Positions 27,362 to 36,676 of a stretch of 64,000 nucleotides of DNA are shown piece after piece. Within the stretch, counting starts at the first letter, position 1; every line of letters starts with the position of its first letter. Below the pieces are notes generated by a model that did no database searches, was not told the DNA's origin, and saw nothing but the letters and a program-made list of their open reading frames with translations. The position numbers were made by a program, and so were the translations under genes. The stretch spans positions 5,973-69,972 of the forward strand of contig JAFDAJ010000008.1 of the NCBI GenBank assembly GCA_019313915.1, in the 5' to 3' direction. Source of the DNA: Deltaproteobacteria bacterium (GTDB lineage: Bacteria; Myxococcota_A; Polyangia; Polyangiales; Houyiibacteriaceae).

Positions 27362-28411
27362 ATGCCGTCCGAGGGGAAGAACTTAATCGGCGTCGACATC
27401 GGTTCGAGCTCGATTAAAGTCTGTGAAATCAAAGAAGGTCGTCGGGGGACGCGAACCATCACCAGGTTCGGGTATCATCCTCTTCCGGCTGAGACCATCG
27501 TCGATGGCCACATCATCAACTCGGGTGCTGTCGTCGAGGGGCTCGAAAAGCTGTTCGCGCGCAGCAAGCGCCGCAACGTCGCGCTTCGCGCCAGCGGCCA
27601 CAGCGTGATCATCAAGAAGATCGCAATGCCGTTGATGACGGCGGCCGAGCTTCAGGAGCAGATCAGCTGGGAAGCCGAGCAGCACATTCCATTCGACCTC
27701 GACGAGGTCCATGTGGACTACGAGGTCCTTCACGAGCGCACGGATCACGGCCAGATGGACGTGCTCCTGGTCGCCGCAAAGAAAGAAGAAATCACCGATC
27801 TCACCAACCTGGCGATGGAAGCTCGACTTCGTCCCATGGTTGTGGATCTGGACGCCTTCACCGTGCAGAACGTCTTCGAGGCGGGCTACGGCGCCGCGGC
27901 GGAGGATGAAACCACAGTTTTGGTCCACTGCGGAGCCTCCACTACCACCGTGAATATCCTCGCCGACGGCACGACCGCCTTCACCCGCGACATCGCCAAC
28001 GGTGGAAACGCGATTACCGAGGAGATTCAGCGGCAGCTCGGCATCGGTCGGGATGAGGCCGAATCGTATAAATGCGGTGGAGAAGGGCGCGGCATCGTTC
28101 CACGAGAGGTGCCTGAAATCGTGAATCAGGCGGTCGAGCAACTCGCCGGCGAGATTCAGCGGTCGCTCGACTTCTACCTGGCTACCAGCGGGGACCGCGA
28201 GTTGAGCCGCATCTGCCTGTCCGGCGGGACGGCAAACATCCAATCGCTTCTCGACATCCTACAGGAACGGGCTCAGGTGTCGGTCGAGTTGCTCGACCCC
28301 ACTCGAGTGGCTGACGTGGACGAGGCGGCGCTTGGGGATCTGCAGGGCCGCGCATCACAGGCAGTGGTGAGTATCGGCCTGGCTTTGCGCAAAGAGCGGG
28401 AGCGCAACTGA
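27362..28411 (+). CDS. pilM: Type IV pilus assembly protein PilM (actin-like ATPase fold)
   Basis: N-terminal GVDIGSSSIKVCEI and an overall PilM/FtsA-like pattern. First of the pilMNOPQ series. Confidence 0.9.
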   Translation: MPSEGKNLIGVDIGSSSIKVCEIKEGRRGTRTITRFGYHPLPAETIVDGHIINSGAVVEGLEKLFARSKRRNVALRASGHSVIIKKIAMPLMTAAELQEQISWEAEQHIPFDLDEVHVDYEVLHERTDHGQMDVLLVAAKKEEITDLTNLAMEARLRPMVVDLDAFTVQNVFEAGYGAAAEDETTVLVHCGASTTTVNILADGTTAFTRDIANGGNAITEEIQRQLGIGRDEAESYKCGGEGRGIVPREVPEIVNQAVEQLAGEIQRSLDFYLATSGDRELSRICLSGGTANIQSLLDILQERAQVSVELLDPTRVADVDEAALGDLQGRASQAVVSIGLALRKERERN

Positions 28412-29082
28412 TGATTCGCATCAACCTGCTACCGACCGACAAGAAGAAGCGCGCCCGGCGCGTCGCCGCATCGCCCCTTCCCACCGGCGACCTCAGCCTT
28501 GGCACTTGGGGCGTGATTTACGGCGGCGCCATCGCTGTGTGGTTCGTGGTCCTCGGCATCCTCTACTTCGCGCAAAGCGGAGAGCTCGAGGCGCTCCACC
28601 AGGAGAACAAGACCCTGGAAGCCCGTCGAGACGAGCTACAGGGCAAGACCAAGGGGCTCGCCGACGTCGAAGGGCGACTCGAGAAAAGTCGAGGACTCGA
28701 AAAGGTGGTCCAGGATCTCGAGCGCGCGCGGCGGGGTCCAACCCGCGCCGTCATGGAGCTTTCCAAGGTCCTGAGCAGCCCGGGTGGTCCGACGATCAAT
28801 CCGGCCGAGCTCGAGCGTATGCGCGAAGAAAACCCATTGGCCGGGTTCAACGAATCTTGGGACGTGCGCAGGCTTTGGCTGACTCGTTTCGAAGAAGTCG
28901 AGCGCGAATGCAAGATGACCGGAATGGGTCGCTCAAACGAAGATGTTGCAGAGTTCTTGCGTCGACTGACCCTTAGCGAGATTTATGACAGCGTGACGCT
29001 GCAACGAACGCGCGCGACGAGCGACCCCGATTCGGGGCTTCGTGTGGTCGGATTCGATATTACCTGCAAGGTGAGATACTGA
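28411..29082 (+). CDS. pilN: Type IV pilus assembly protein PilN
   Basis: MIRINLLP N-terminus, a single TM helix, a coiled coil. TGATG overlap with pilM. Confidence 0.85.
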   Translation: MIRINLLPTDKKKRARRVAASPLPTGDLSLGTWGVIYGGAIAVWFVVLGILYFAQSGELEALHQENKTLEARRDELQGKTKGLADVEGRLEKSRGLEKVVQDLERARRGPTRAVMELSKVLSSPGGPTINPAELERMREENPLAGFNESWDVRRLWLTRFEEVERECKMTGMGRSNEDVAEFLRRLTLSEIYDSVTLQRTRATSDPDSGLRVVGFDITCKVRY

Positions 29083-29681
29083 TGGCCAGTCTCGAAGATA
29101 CAATCATTGGGATGCCGGGGTGGGGCAAGGCACTGGCGCTCGTGGGCCTGCTCGCTTTGCTCGGCGGTGGGTACTACACGCTCATTCACAGCAGCATTTC
29201 TTCCGACCTCTCTGCCAGCGCCAAGAGGCAGAAGCAGCTTCAAGACCAGATTCGCGATGCCGAGCGGCGCGAGAAACAATACCTCGAGCTCACACAGGAG
29301 CTGGCGAATCGTGAGGTCGCCGATCGACAGAACCGCCGAATTCTGCCGGAGAACGCGGAGATTGCCGCTTTTCTTCAGGATCTGAACCGCGTCGCCGAGC
29401 TCAGTGGGCTCACGATTCGGCTCGTCGAGCCGCGTCCGGAGCTACGCCAGGAGCTGTACTCGAAGATTCCGGTCGTTCTCGCACTCACGGGCCGGTTCCA
29501 TCAAATGGGGAAGTTCTTCTACAACGTGAGCAAGCTGGACCGTGCGATCAGCATGGAAAACATACGGATGACGCAACCCAAGCTGCTGCCGTCCGGGGAA
29601 CTGACCATCGACGTCGACGTTCGGGCGACCACGTATAGGCGCCCGCCCGCCACACCGCCCAAGAAAAAAAAGAGGAAGTAG
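29082..29681 (+). CDS. pilO: Type IV pilus assembly protein PilO
   Basis: TM helix, coiled coil, and a ferredoxin-like C-terminal region (IPVVLALTGRFHQMGKFFYNVSKLDRAISMENI). TGATG overlap with pilN. Confidence 0.85.
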   Translation: MASLEDTIIGMPGWGKALALVGLLALLGGGYYTLIHSSISSDLSASAKRQKQLQDQIRDAERREKQYLELTQELANREVADRQNRRILPENAEIAAFLQDLNRVAELSGLTIRLVEPRPELRQELYSKIPVVLALTGRFHQMGKFFYNVSKLDRAISMENIRMTQPKLLPSGELTIDVDVRATTYRRPPATPPKKKKRK

Positions 29682-29687
29682 CCAGCC

Positions 29688-30311
29688 ATGAGCTCTAAGT
29701 TTCGAGTTTTCGCCTACCTCTTACTCGTCGCTTCCATTGGGGTTGCGGGCTGCGGTGGAGATGACGAAGAGGAGTATCAGGGGCTGGGTCTCGGCGCAGG
29801 CAAGGCCGGCGATGGTGCAGAGAACGAGTCGGACCAGGACAATGCCAAGCAGGGCGCCGTTGCAGCCGAGTCTGCCCCCGTGGTGTATACCGACGAAGAT
29901 TTTTCTGAGTTGGACATCCAGAACCGCGATCCCTTCCGCTCGTTCGCCAAGGCGTTCAAGGCGCAGGCGGCCGCCCCGGCGCAGCGTCGCGTGCTCTTGC
30001 CGAGCACGAGCCTCGACGAGATGCAACTCATCGCGATCGTGACCGGCATTGCCACGCCTCGCGCGATGCTCACAGACACCGCCAAGGTAGGACATGTGAT
30101 CCGCCGTGGTGACTACATCGGTCGGCCCGAGGTGGTACAGACCGGGGGTTCAGAGGGAATGCCAGTCACACTGAACTGGCGTGTGGATCGAATCCGTCCA
30201 GGTTCGGTCGTGTTGACCCGTGAGGACCCGACCTCACCCGATAAGCCGCCGTTGACCCGTGTGATGCCCCTTCACGAAGGCGGCGAAGCACCACACCTCA
30301 CGGCACCGTGA
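29688..30311 (+). CDS. pilP: Type IV pilus assembly lipoprotein PilP
   Basis: Lipobox (SIGVAGCGG), a disordered acidic linker, and a C-terminal beta-domain. Assignment rests mainly on its position between pilO and pilQ. Confidence 0.7.
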   Translation: MSSKFRVFAYLLLVASIGVAGCGGDDEEEYQGLGLGAGKAGDGAENESDQDNAKQGAVAAESAPVVYTDEDFSELDIQNRDPFRSFAKAFKAQAAAPAQRRVLLPSTSLDEMQLIAIVTGIATPRAMLTDTAKVGHVIRRGDYIGRPEVVQTGGSEGMPVTLNWRVDRIRPGSVVLTREDPTSPDKPPLTRVMPLHEGGEAPHLTAP

Positions 30312-30391
30312 CCGTCGACAGATAATCGGTCGTTTTCTTGCGCCCGTCGTGTCTGCCGTTCGATGATTAACACCTGGCAGAGGAGTCAGGA

Positions 30392-32560
30392 ATGCGTATT
30401 CAGTGGGGTCTCGCAATCGCCGTCGTGGCAACGTTCGCATGGGTCAACCTGGCTCAAGCGTCGGGTCCAAAGATCGACAGTGTCCAAATCAATGGCGCGC
30501 ACGACGGGGCGCAAGTCTCGATCAAGGGAGCGTTTGATGATCCGCAATATGCGGTTCGCGCGCGTGAGGATGGTCGCGTCATCATCATCACCGTCGACGA
30601 CGCAGTGTTGCCGTCTGGTGGCGTAGAAACGAGCGGGACCAGCTCGCTGGTTGCGCGCAGCGTCGCGAGCAACACGGCGCGTGGCGTCAGGATCGAGCTA
30701 ACGCTCACCAACAAAGCTACGTACCACGCTCGGGCCACCGAAAATGGTATCACGGTCAAGCTTCGCAGCCGCGATGCCTCTGCACGGGCAAAGCCAACGA
30801 AGTCCGCGACCTCGACCGTCCCGAAGATCGAAGATGTTCGTCTGGAGCACAAGGATGGTCGCGACCGTGTCGTGATCTCGGTCGCCGGCCGCGCAGAGTT
30901 CCGCGTGTCCACGCGTGCGGGCGCGCCACCTCGTCTCGAAGTGCTCGGAGCACGAATCGGCTCTAACGCCAAGCGCCGTATCCAAGCCCCTCGCGGCTCG
31001 GTCATCGGTTCGATTGAGCTCGAGCAGAGGGGCGACCGCGCGGTCGTCGAGGTGCACGGCTCCGAAGGCGCGGCGGGTACCGCAATTCGTTCTGGGGACC
31101 AGATCGTATGGATGTTCTCACCCACCTCGACGGAGACGCGTCCGCACACACGGACCATCGCCCGCGAAAGGGACTACGCCGCAGAAATCGATGGCCCTGA
31201 GGTTGCGGGCTTCCTCAGCAAGATGCCGATGCAGGTTGGCGGAAATGCGACTCGGCGTTACTCGGGTCGCCGAATCGACCTCGACTTCAAGGACGCCGAC
31301 ATCCACAACATTCTCCGCCTTCTCTCCGAGGTTGGTGGGGTGAACGTCGTCACGGCCGACAACGTCGGTGGCACGGTCACCATTCGTATGCGTGACGTGC
31401 CTTGGGATCAGGCGCTCGACGTCGTTCTGCAAGCGAAGTCACTCGGCATGGTGCGTCAAGGCAACCTGCTCCGGGTCGCGCCGCTGGCTCAGCTCGAACA
31501 AGAGCGCGAAGCAGCGATCGCCCGTCAGAAGCAACAGCAGCAACTTGCTCCGCTCGAGACCCGCCTCGTGCCCGTGAGCTACGCTACCGCTCAGAACCTC
31601 CAGCCCCGTGTTCGTGAGCTTCTCACCGACAGGGGCTCCGTGTCAGTCGACAACCGTACCAACATGCTGATCGTCCGCGACATCGTGGGGCAACTCGACG
31701 ACGTCGAGGACTTGGTGCGAAACCTGGATACCCAGACTCCGCAGGTGTTGATCGAGTCGCGTATCGTCGAGGCGAGCAGCTCGTACTCGCGCGACATTGG
31801 CATTCAATGGGGTGGTGCCGCTGTCATGAGTAGCGCCACCGGTAACCCCACCGGACTTCGCTTTCCGTCCGACCTCGGCATTGCGGGTGGTGTCCCAGTG
31901 GACGCCGCACCGACACAAGGTCTTTCCCCGTTCAACGGGAGCGTGAACAATCCAAACTTCGCGGTGAACTTGCCAGCAGTGACCGGTAATGGCGCCGGCG
32001 GTGCGCTCGGCTTGACGATGGGCAGCCTCAGCGGCGCAGTGAACCTCAATGTTCGATTGAGCGCGGCTGAAGCGGCAGGCTCCGTAAGGATTATCAGCTC
32101 TCCGCGAGTTCTGACGCTGGACAATAGCGAGGCGTCGATCTCGCAAGGTACGTTGATTCCTTTCTCGCAGGTCAGCGCTCAGGGCGTCAACACGGCCTTC
32201 CAGGAGGCGAAGCTCGAGCTCAACGTCACGCCGCATGTGACGAACGACGGCGCGGTTGCCATGGACGTGAAGATCACGCGCAACGAGCCAGATTTCGGTC
32301 GAGTGGGTGCAAACGGTGACCCGACGATCCTCGAACGTGAGGCGATTACGCAACTCCTCGTCGACGACGGCGACACCGCGGTCATCGGCGGTATCTACAC
32401 GCGGAACACCGGTCGCAACGTCGACCAGGTCCCTTTCCTCGGCGACATCCCGGTGCTTGGGGTGCTCTTCAAGAGGCGGCGGTTCCGCGAAGACCGGAAC
32501 GAGCTACTGATTTTCCTCACGCCCAGGATTGTGAACCGCGCGCTGGCGCTTCCGGAGTAG
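30392..32560 (+). CDS. pilQ: Type IV pilus secretin PilQ with N-terminal AMIN-like modules
   Basis: Signal peptide. Three AMIN-like repeats (IDSVQINGAHDGAQVSIKG..., IEDVRLEHKDGRDRVVISVAG..., IGSIELEQRGDRAVVEVHG...). Secretin C-domain ending VPFLGDIPVLGVLFKRRR...LLIFLTPRIV. Confidence 0.9.
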   Translation: MRIQWGLAIAVVATFAWVNLAQASGPKIDSVQINGAHDGAQVSIKGAFDDPQYAVRAREDGRVIIITVDDAVLPSGGVETSGTSSLVARSVASNTARGVRIELTLTNKATYHARATENGITVKLRSRDASARAKPTKSATSTVPKIEDVRLEHKDGRDRVVISVAGRAEFRVSTRAGAPPRLEVLGARIGSNAKRRIQAPRGSVIGSIELEQRGDRAVVEVHGSEGAAGTAIRSGDQIVWMFSPTSTETRPHTRTIARERDYAAEIDGPEVAGFLSKMPMQVGGNATRRYSGRRIDLDFKDADIHNILRLLSEVGGVNVVTADNVGGTVTIRMRDVPWDQALDVVLQAKSLGMVRQGNLLRVAPLAQLEQEREAAIARQKQQQQLAPLETRLVPVSYATAQNLQPRVRELLTDRGSVSVDNRTNMLIVRDIVGQLDDVEDLVRNLDTQTPQVLIESRIVEASSSYSRDIGIQWGGAAVMSSATGNPTGLRFPSDLGIAGGVPVDAAPTQGLSPFNGSVNNPNFAVNLPAVTGNGAGGALGLTMGSLSGAVNLNVRLSAAEAAGSVRIISSPRVLTLDNSEASISQGTLIPFSQVSAQGVNTAFQEAKLELNVTPHVTNDGAVAMDVKITRNEPDFGRVGANGDPTILEREAITQLLVDDGDTAVIGGIYTRNTGRNVDQVPFLGDIPVLGVLFKRRRFREDRNELLIFLTPRIVNRALALPE

Positions 32561-34170
32561 TGAGCGGGGCCGTGACTGGGGCGGGGGGGGCTCGTATGCT
32601 TCCCACCGTGCGTGTGTATCTGTCAGGGCCCATGGGGGCCGGGAAGTCGACTGTTGCTGCGGCCGTGGCCGCTCAGCTGGGGACCCGTGCGCTCGATTTG
32701 GATGAGCGGGTCGAGGAGCTAGCCGGTCGTTCGATTCCGGAGATTTTCTCCGAGCGGGGGGAGGGCGCCTTTCGGGCTCTCGAGAAGGAGGCGTTGAAGA
32801 CGCTGCCGTCCGACGTGGGAGTGGTCTCGCTAGGTGGCGGGACCGTCGTCGATGATGACACGCGGCAGATGCTGCTGCGCGAAGGCATCGTCGCGACGCT
32901 GACGGCCGACGCTTCGGTGCTGGCGGAACGCGTCGGCAGGGGCGAGGGGCGGCCCTTGCTCGGCGATGATCCACAGGGTGACCTCGGGCGGCTCCTCCAA
33001 ACGCGGGCCGCGGCGTACGCGGAAGCGCACGCCGTCATCGATACCGGAACGCTCGACGCCGGACAAATCGCGGCGGAGATTGTGGCGGTCCGGAATCGGT
33101 CGCCCATCGTGGTGCCCCTGGGGCTGCGGACCTACCAAGTCGAAGTAGGGCGCGGCACGCGTCATCGGGTCGGAATTCTCGCGAATGAGCACTCAGCGGG
33201 CGACGCGATCCTCGTCTTCGACGGGGATCAGGATCGCCCTTGGCCCGCAGATGCCCTTCGTGACCTCACCTTAGCGGGCAAAGCTCCAATTGAAGTGAAG
33301 CTTCCGGGCGACGAAGCGCACAAGAACATCGCCAGCGTGGAACAGGTCTGGGACACCGCGCTCGATGCCGAAGTCGACCGGCGAGCCATCGTCATTGGCG
33401 TCGGAGGCGGAGTGATCGGCGACTTGACCGGGTTTGCCGCGTCGACGTTGCTTCGTGGTGTGGCCCTCGGACAGGTTCCTACGACGCTCCTCGCCATGGT
33501 CGACAGCTCGGTGGGAGGCAAGACGGGGTTCAACCGCCCGCGCGGCAAGAACCTCGTGGGGACCTTCTACCAACCGAAATTCGTTTTGTGCGACGTCGAA
33601 ACACTCTCGACGTTGCCGAGCGAGGAGCGCATCGCGGGCTTGGCGGAAGTCGTCAAGAGCGCATGGCTCGACTCCGAGGAGTCGGTCGCGATGCTCGAAC
33701 GGGATGCCGAAGCGCTCGTGGCAGGCGACACCGACGCGACGATTCGCGCCGTGCGGATGTCGATCTCCCTGAAATCGCGCATCGTTCACGAAGATGAGCA
33801 CGAGTCAGGCCGACGTATGCTCCTGAACTTAGGGCACACCGTCGGCCATGGCCTCGAGGCCGCAAGCGACTACCGCGGCATCCGGCACGGGGAGGGTGTT
33901 GCGCTCGGCATGATTGCAGCCATGCGTGTTGCGGCTGGGCTCGGCCTGGGACGCCGCGAAGAGACGGACCGGCTGACCCAACTGCTTGCAAGCTTGGGCC
34001 TGCCCACCGACCTCGATCAACGACTGAACAGCCGTGCGCTTGGGTTCATCGGCTCGGATAAGAAACGCCGTGGGGACCGAATTTACTTCGTTATTCCACG
34101 CCTTCCGGGACAAACCGAGATCGAGCTTCTTGGCCTCGACGAGGTTCGGGGCGCCGTCGAGCGAGGTTAG
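32560..34170 (+). CDS. aroKB: Bifunctional shikimate kinase / 3-dehydroquinate synthase (AroK-AroB fusion)
   Basis: N-terminal P-loop GPMGAGKSTV with the SK pattern (LDLDERVEELAGRSIPEIF...GEGAFRALE). C-terminal DHQS motifs (GGGVIGDLTGFAAST, GGKTG, NLGHTVGHGLE). The GTG start overlaps the pilQ stop by 1 nt; ATG 32596 is an alternative. Confidence 0.9.
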   Translation: MSGAVTGAGGARMLPTVRVYLSGPMGAGKSTVAAAVAAQLGTRALDLDERVEELAGRSIPEIFSERGEGAFRALEKEALKTLPSDVGVVSLGGGTVVDDDTRQMLLREGIVATLTADASVLAERVGRGEGRPLLGDDPQGDLGRLLQTRAAAYAEAHAVIDTGTLDAGQIAAEIVAVRNRSPIVVPLGLRTYQVEVGRGTRHRVGILANEHSAGDAILVFDGDQDRPWPADALRDLTLAGKAPIEVKLPGDEAHKNIASVEQVWDTALDAEVDRRAIVIGVGGGVIGDLTGFAASTLLRGVALGQVPTTLLAMVDSSVGGKTGFNRPRGKNLVGTFYQPKFVLCDVETLSTLPSEERIAGLAEVVKSAWLDSEESVAMLERDAEALVAGDTDATIRAVRMSISLKSRIVHEDEHESGRRMLLNLGHTVGHGLEAASDYRGIRHGEGVALGMIAAMRVAAGLGLGRREETDRLTQLLASLGLPTDLDQRLNSRALGFIGSDKKRRGDRIYFVIPRLPGQTEIELLGLDEVRGAVERG

Positions 34171-34235
34171 TGCACGGAAATTTGGCGGCTTACGCCGAGG
34201 CTCGATACCATGAAAGCACCCTCTGGAGGGGACTT

Positions 34236-34919
34236 ATGAGTCGATTCATCCTCGTGGCTACATTGATGGCGGTGACGGTTGCTGGGTGCAATCGGTTCCC
34301 TGATAACGGACTGCAGATTGCCGCAAATCTTCCGCCGGACGACGCTTGTTTGCTGAGTCCAGACCAGGACAGCCGGCTTCTGCGCGGCCGGTACGACCTG
34401 TCGTACGCGGGGGCAGACTATCTGATCGCTCTGTTGCTTCAGAGCTTTCTCATCAGCAACGCGCTCGAGTTCCAGGGCGAGCAAGGGAACCTTCAAGTCA
34501 CCAACTTCGACATCACGTTGTTGCTTCCAGACGGGACGATTCCCACGCTGCCCGACGGCCTTGTCAATCCATACCGGGTCGATACGAGCGCGGTGTTGCC
34601 CGTAAGCGAAGGTGGCACGCCTTCTGAAGACGTCGCCGCCGCAATCGGTATTCCTGCGTCCTACCAAGATGCGCTTCGGGGACTCTTGGCCGGGGGACAG
34701 AGCTCGATTCTACTGGATATTCGCGCTGGGGGCACCACTGCCGGCGGGTTCAGCCAGCGATCGGGACCATTCCTTTGGCCGGTCGATCTTTGCGAGGGCT
34801 GCCTCGGGGTCGTGTGCGAGACCATAGACGAGCTCGACGAGACCAGTTGCCTCAAGGGCCAAGATATCTGGCCCTATTGTGCTTCCGTCGTTCCCCCAAC
34901 GCCGACGCCCACCCCCTAG
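34236..34919 (+). CDS. Hypothetical Cys-rich lipoprotein
   Basis: ATG 34236 behind a GGAGGGG Shine-Dalgarno. Lipobox (VTVAGCN). C-terminal Cys cluster (CEGCLGVVC...C...C) and a PTPTPTP tail. Confidence 0.6.
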   Translation: MSRFILVATLMAVTVAGCNRFPDNGLQIAANLPPDDACLLSPDQDSRLLRGRYDLSYAGADYLIALLLQSFLISNALEFQGEQGNLQVTNFDITLLLPDGTIPTLPDGLVNPYRVDTSAVLPVSEGGTPSEDVAAAIGIPASYQDALRGLLAGGQSSILLDIRAGGTTAGGFSQRSGPFLWPVDLCEGCLGVVCETIDELDETSCLKGQDIWPYCASVVPPTPTPTP

Positions 34920-36676
34920 CGCACCGAGAAAAAGTACGGCGGAACCAGCGCGACGTGCTCGCGCGAAAGCATGTACAGCACGTCCGCCCATGGCTCGATC
35001 GGAACCGAAGCTGCCAGAGGATGCCACCGCAGCCACAAGTGCCGTAACGATTGCGCGTCGTCGTCTCCGTTGCCGCTCAGCAGGTCGTTGATGGTGTCGA
35101 TCATGCCCTTGGTCGACGGCCAAAGCTCGACCGGCGCGTCGGGGGACAAGCCTGCCGCGGCACGGGCCCTGACGAGCGCTGCGCTCAGGCCGGCCATCTC
35201 ATCGATGAGGCCAAGCTCCTTGCCGTCCTGCGCGGTCATGACGCGGCCTTCTGCGGCTGCCAGCACTGCTTTGCGTTCCATCTTCCGACCTGTGGCGACC
35301 CTGTCGATGAATCGATCGTAGGTGTCGCGGAGGAGGCTCTCGAACGCTTGCCGCTCGGTGGCGTTCAATGCCCGCACAGGCGTCGACCACGCCGCGCGCT
35401 TTCCGCGCTGCAAGACGAATGTATTCACGCCGATGCCCTCGGCGAGCTCTGCGAAATTGAATTTGCCGCCGACGACGCCGATCGATCCGACCAGGCTATT
35501 GGGGTGCGCGAGGATCTCATCCGCCGCGGACGCGATGTAGTAACCGCCGCTGGCAGCCATATCGCCGACGCTCGCAATCAACGGTTTGGCTTCGGCTAGG
35601 CGGCGGGCCGCATCCCACATTCGGTCGCTAGCAAGAGCCGAGCCGCCTGGTGAGTTGATGCGCATGACGACGGCCTTCACGTCGTCGTCCTTCTCGAGCC
35701 GTTCCATTGCTCGTACGAATGGGCCTGAGACGGCGTCACCCTTCGAGCGGGACTCACCCTCGGTGATGTTGCCCGTCACGAACACCAAGGCCACGCGTTC
35801 GCCGCCGGCCTCCGGCTTGTCGCTGTCGCCACTCAATAGATTGAGGAACTGACCCAACGTGAGCTGCTCTTGCTTGGGCAGCATTCGCGTTCGACGAATC
35901 GTGTCGACACCCGCCGCCTTCTTGACCTCGTCGCGTGCATCTCGAAGAAAGCCCACCGAATCGACCAGTCCTGCGTCCGCTGCCGCCCCGGAATCGTACG
36001 GACCGCCATCGATCAAAGCCTTGGCTTCGCCGACATCGCCCTCGGTTCGCTCCTTGGTGGCCTCGATGAGAGCGTCGTAGAGGTCGTCGAGGATCGCATC
36101 CATCGACGCTTTCGCTTCCTTGGGCATGTCATCGCGAATGAACATGTCGCCGGCGCCCTTGTATCGACCCATGTGGATGATCTCCGCTTCGACGCCCACC
36201 TTTGCGAGCAATGCGCGGGCGTAGATCATCACGGCTGCGGGGCCGATCAAATCGAGCGTCCCGGCTGGCGACATGCTGATCCGGTCGCACGTCGATGCGA
36301 GCAGCAGGTAGCCGACGTTGTCTGCGGTCGCGAAATGGCAATGGATGGGCCGGTTCTCCGCGCGGAACTCGCTCAGCGCTTCGACGAGGTCTCCGACGCT
36401 GCCCCACGCGCCCTGCAATGGGCCGACTCTTACGAATAGACCTTTGACGTTTTCGTCCTCAGTTGCATCCCAAATCCGCGTGAGGGCGTCGTGGAGGGTT
36501 GGCTGGGGACGGAAGAAGGGATCGCTCTCCGCTCCATCTGGGAAGGCTTGCAGCAGGCGGAGCTCGCGGACCACCGGTTCGTCCGGGGCTTCCTTTTCCC
36601 CAGTGCACGATGTGGTGACTAGGAGTGCGAGGGTCGCGAAGACTGTCAGCGTCGAACGACGCGCTGTGTGGTTCAT
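34916..36676 (-). CDS. sppA: Signal peptide peptidase SppA, 67K type (two S49 domains)
   Basis: Two ClpP/crotonase-like S49 halves and VVMRINSPGGSALASD with the catalytic Ser context. Lipobox-like N-terminus (LLVTTSC). Confidence 0.85.
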   Translation of the reverse strand: MNHTARRSTLTVFATLALLVTTSCTGEKEAPDEPVVRELRLLQAFPDGAESDPFFRPQPTLHDALTRIWDATEDENVKGLFVRVGPLQGAWGSVGDLVEALSEFRAENRPIHCHFATADNVGYLLLASTCDRISMSPAGTLDLIGPAAVMIYARALLAKVGVEAEIIHMGRYKGAGDMFIRDDMPKEAKASMDAILDDLYDALIEATKERTEGDVGEAKALIDGGPYDSGAAADAGLVDSVGFLRDARDEVKKAAGVDTIRRTRMLPKQEQLTLGQFLNLLSGDSDKPEAGGERVALVFVTGNITEGESRSKGDAVSGPFVRAMERLEKDDDVKAVVMRINSPGGSALASDRMWDAARRLAEAKPLIASVGDMAASGGYYIASAADEILAHPNSLVGSIGVVGGKFNFAELAEGIGVNTFVLQRGKRAAWSTPVRALNATERQAFESLLRDTYDRFIDRVATGRKMERKAVLAAAEGRVMTAQDGKELGLIDEMAGLSAALVRARAAAGLSPDAPVELWPSTKGMIDTINDLLSGNGDDDAQSLRHLWLRWHPLAASVPIEPWADVLYMLSREHVALVPPYFFSVR

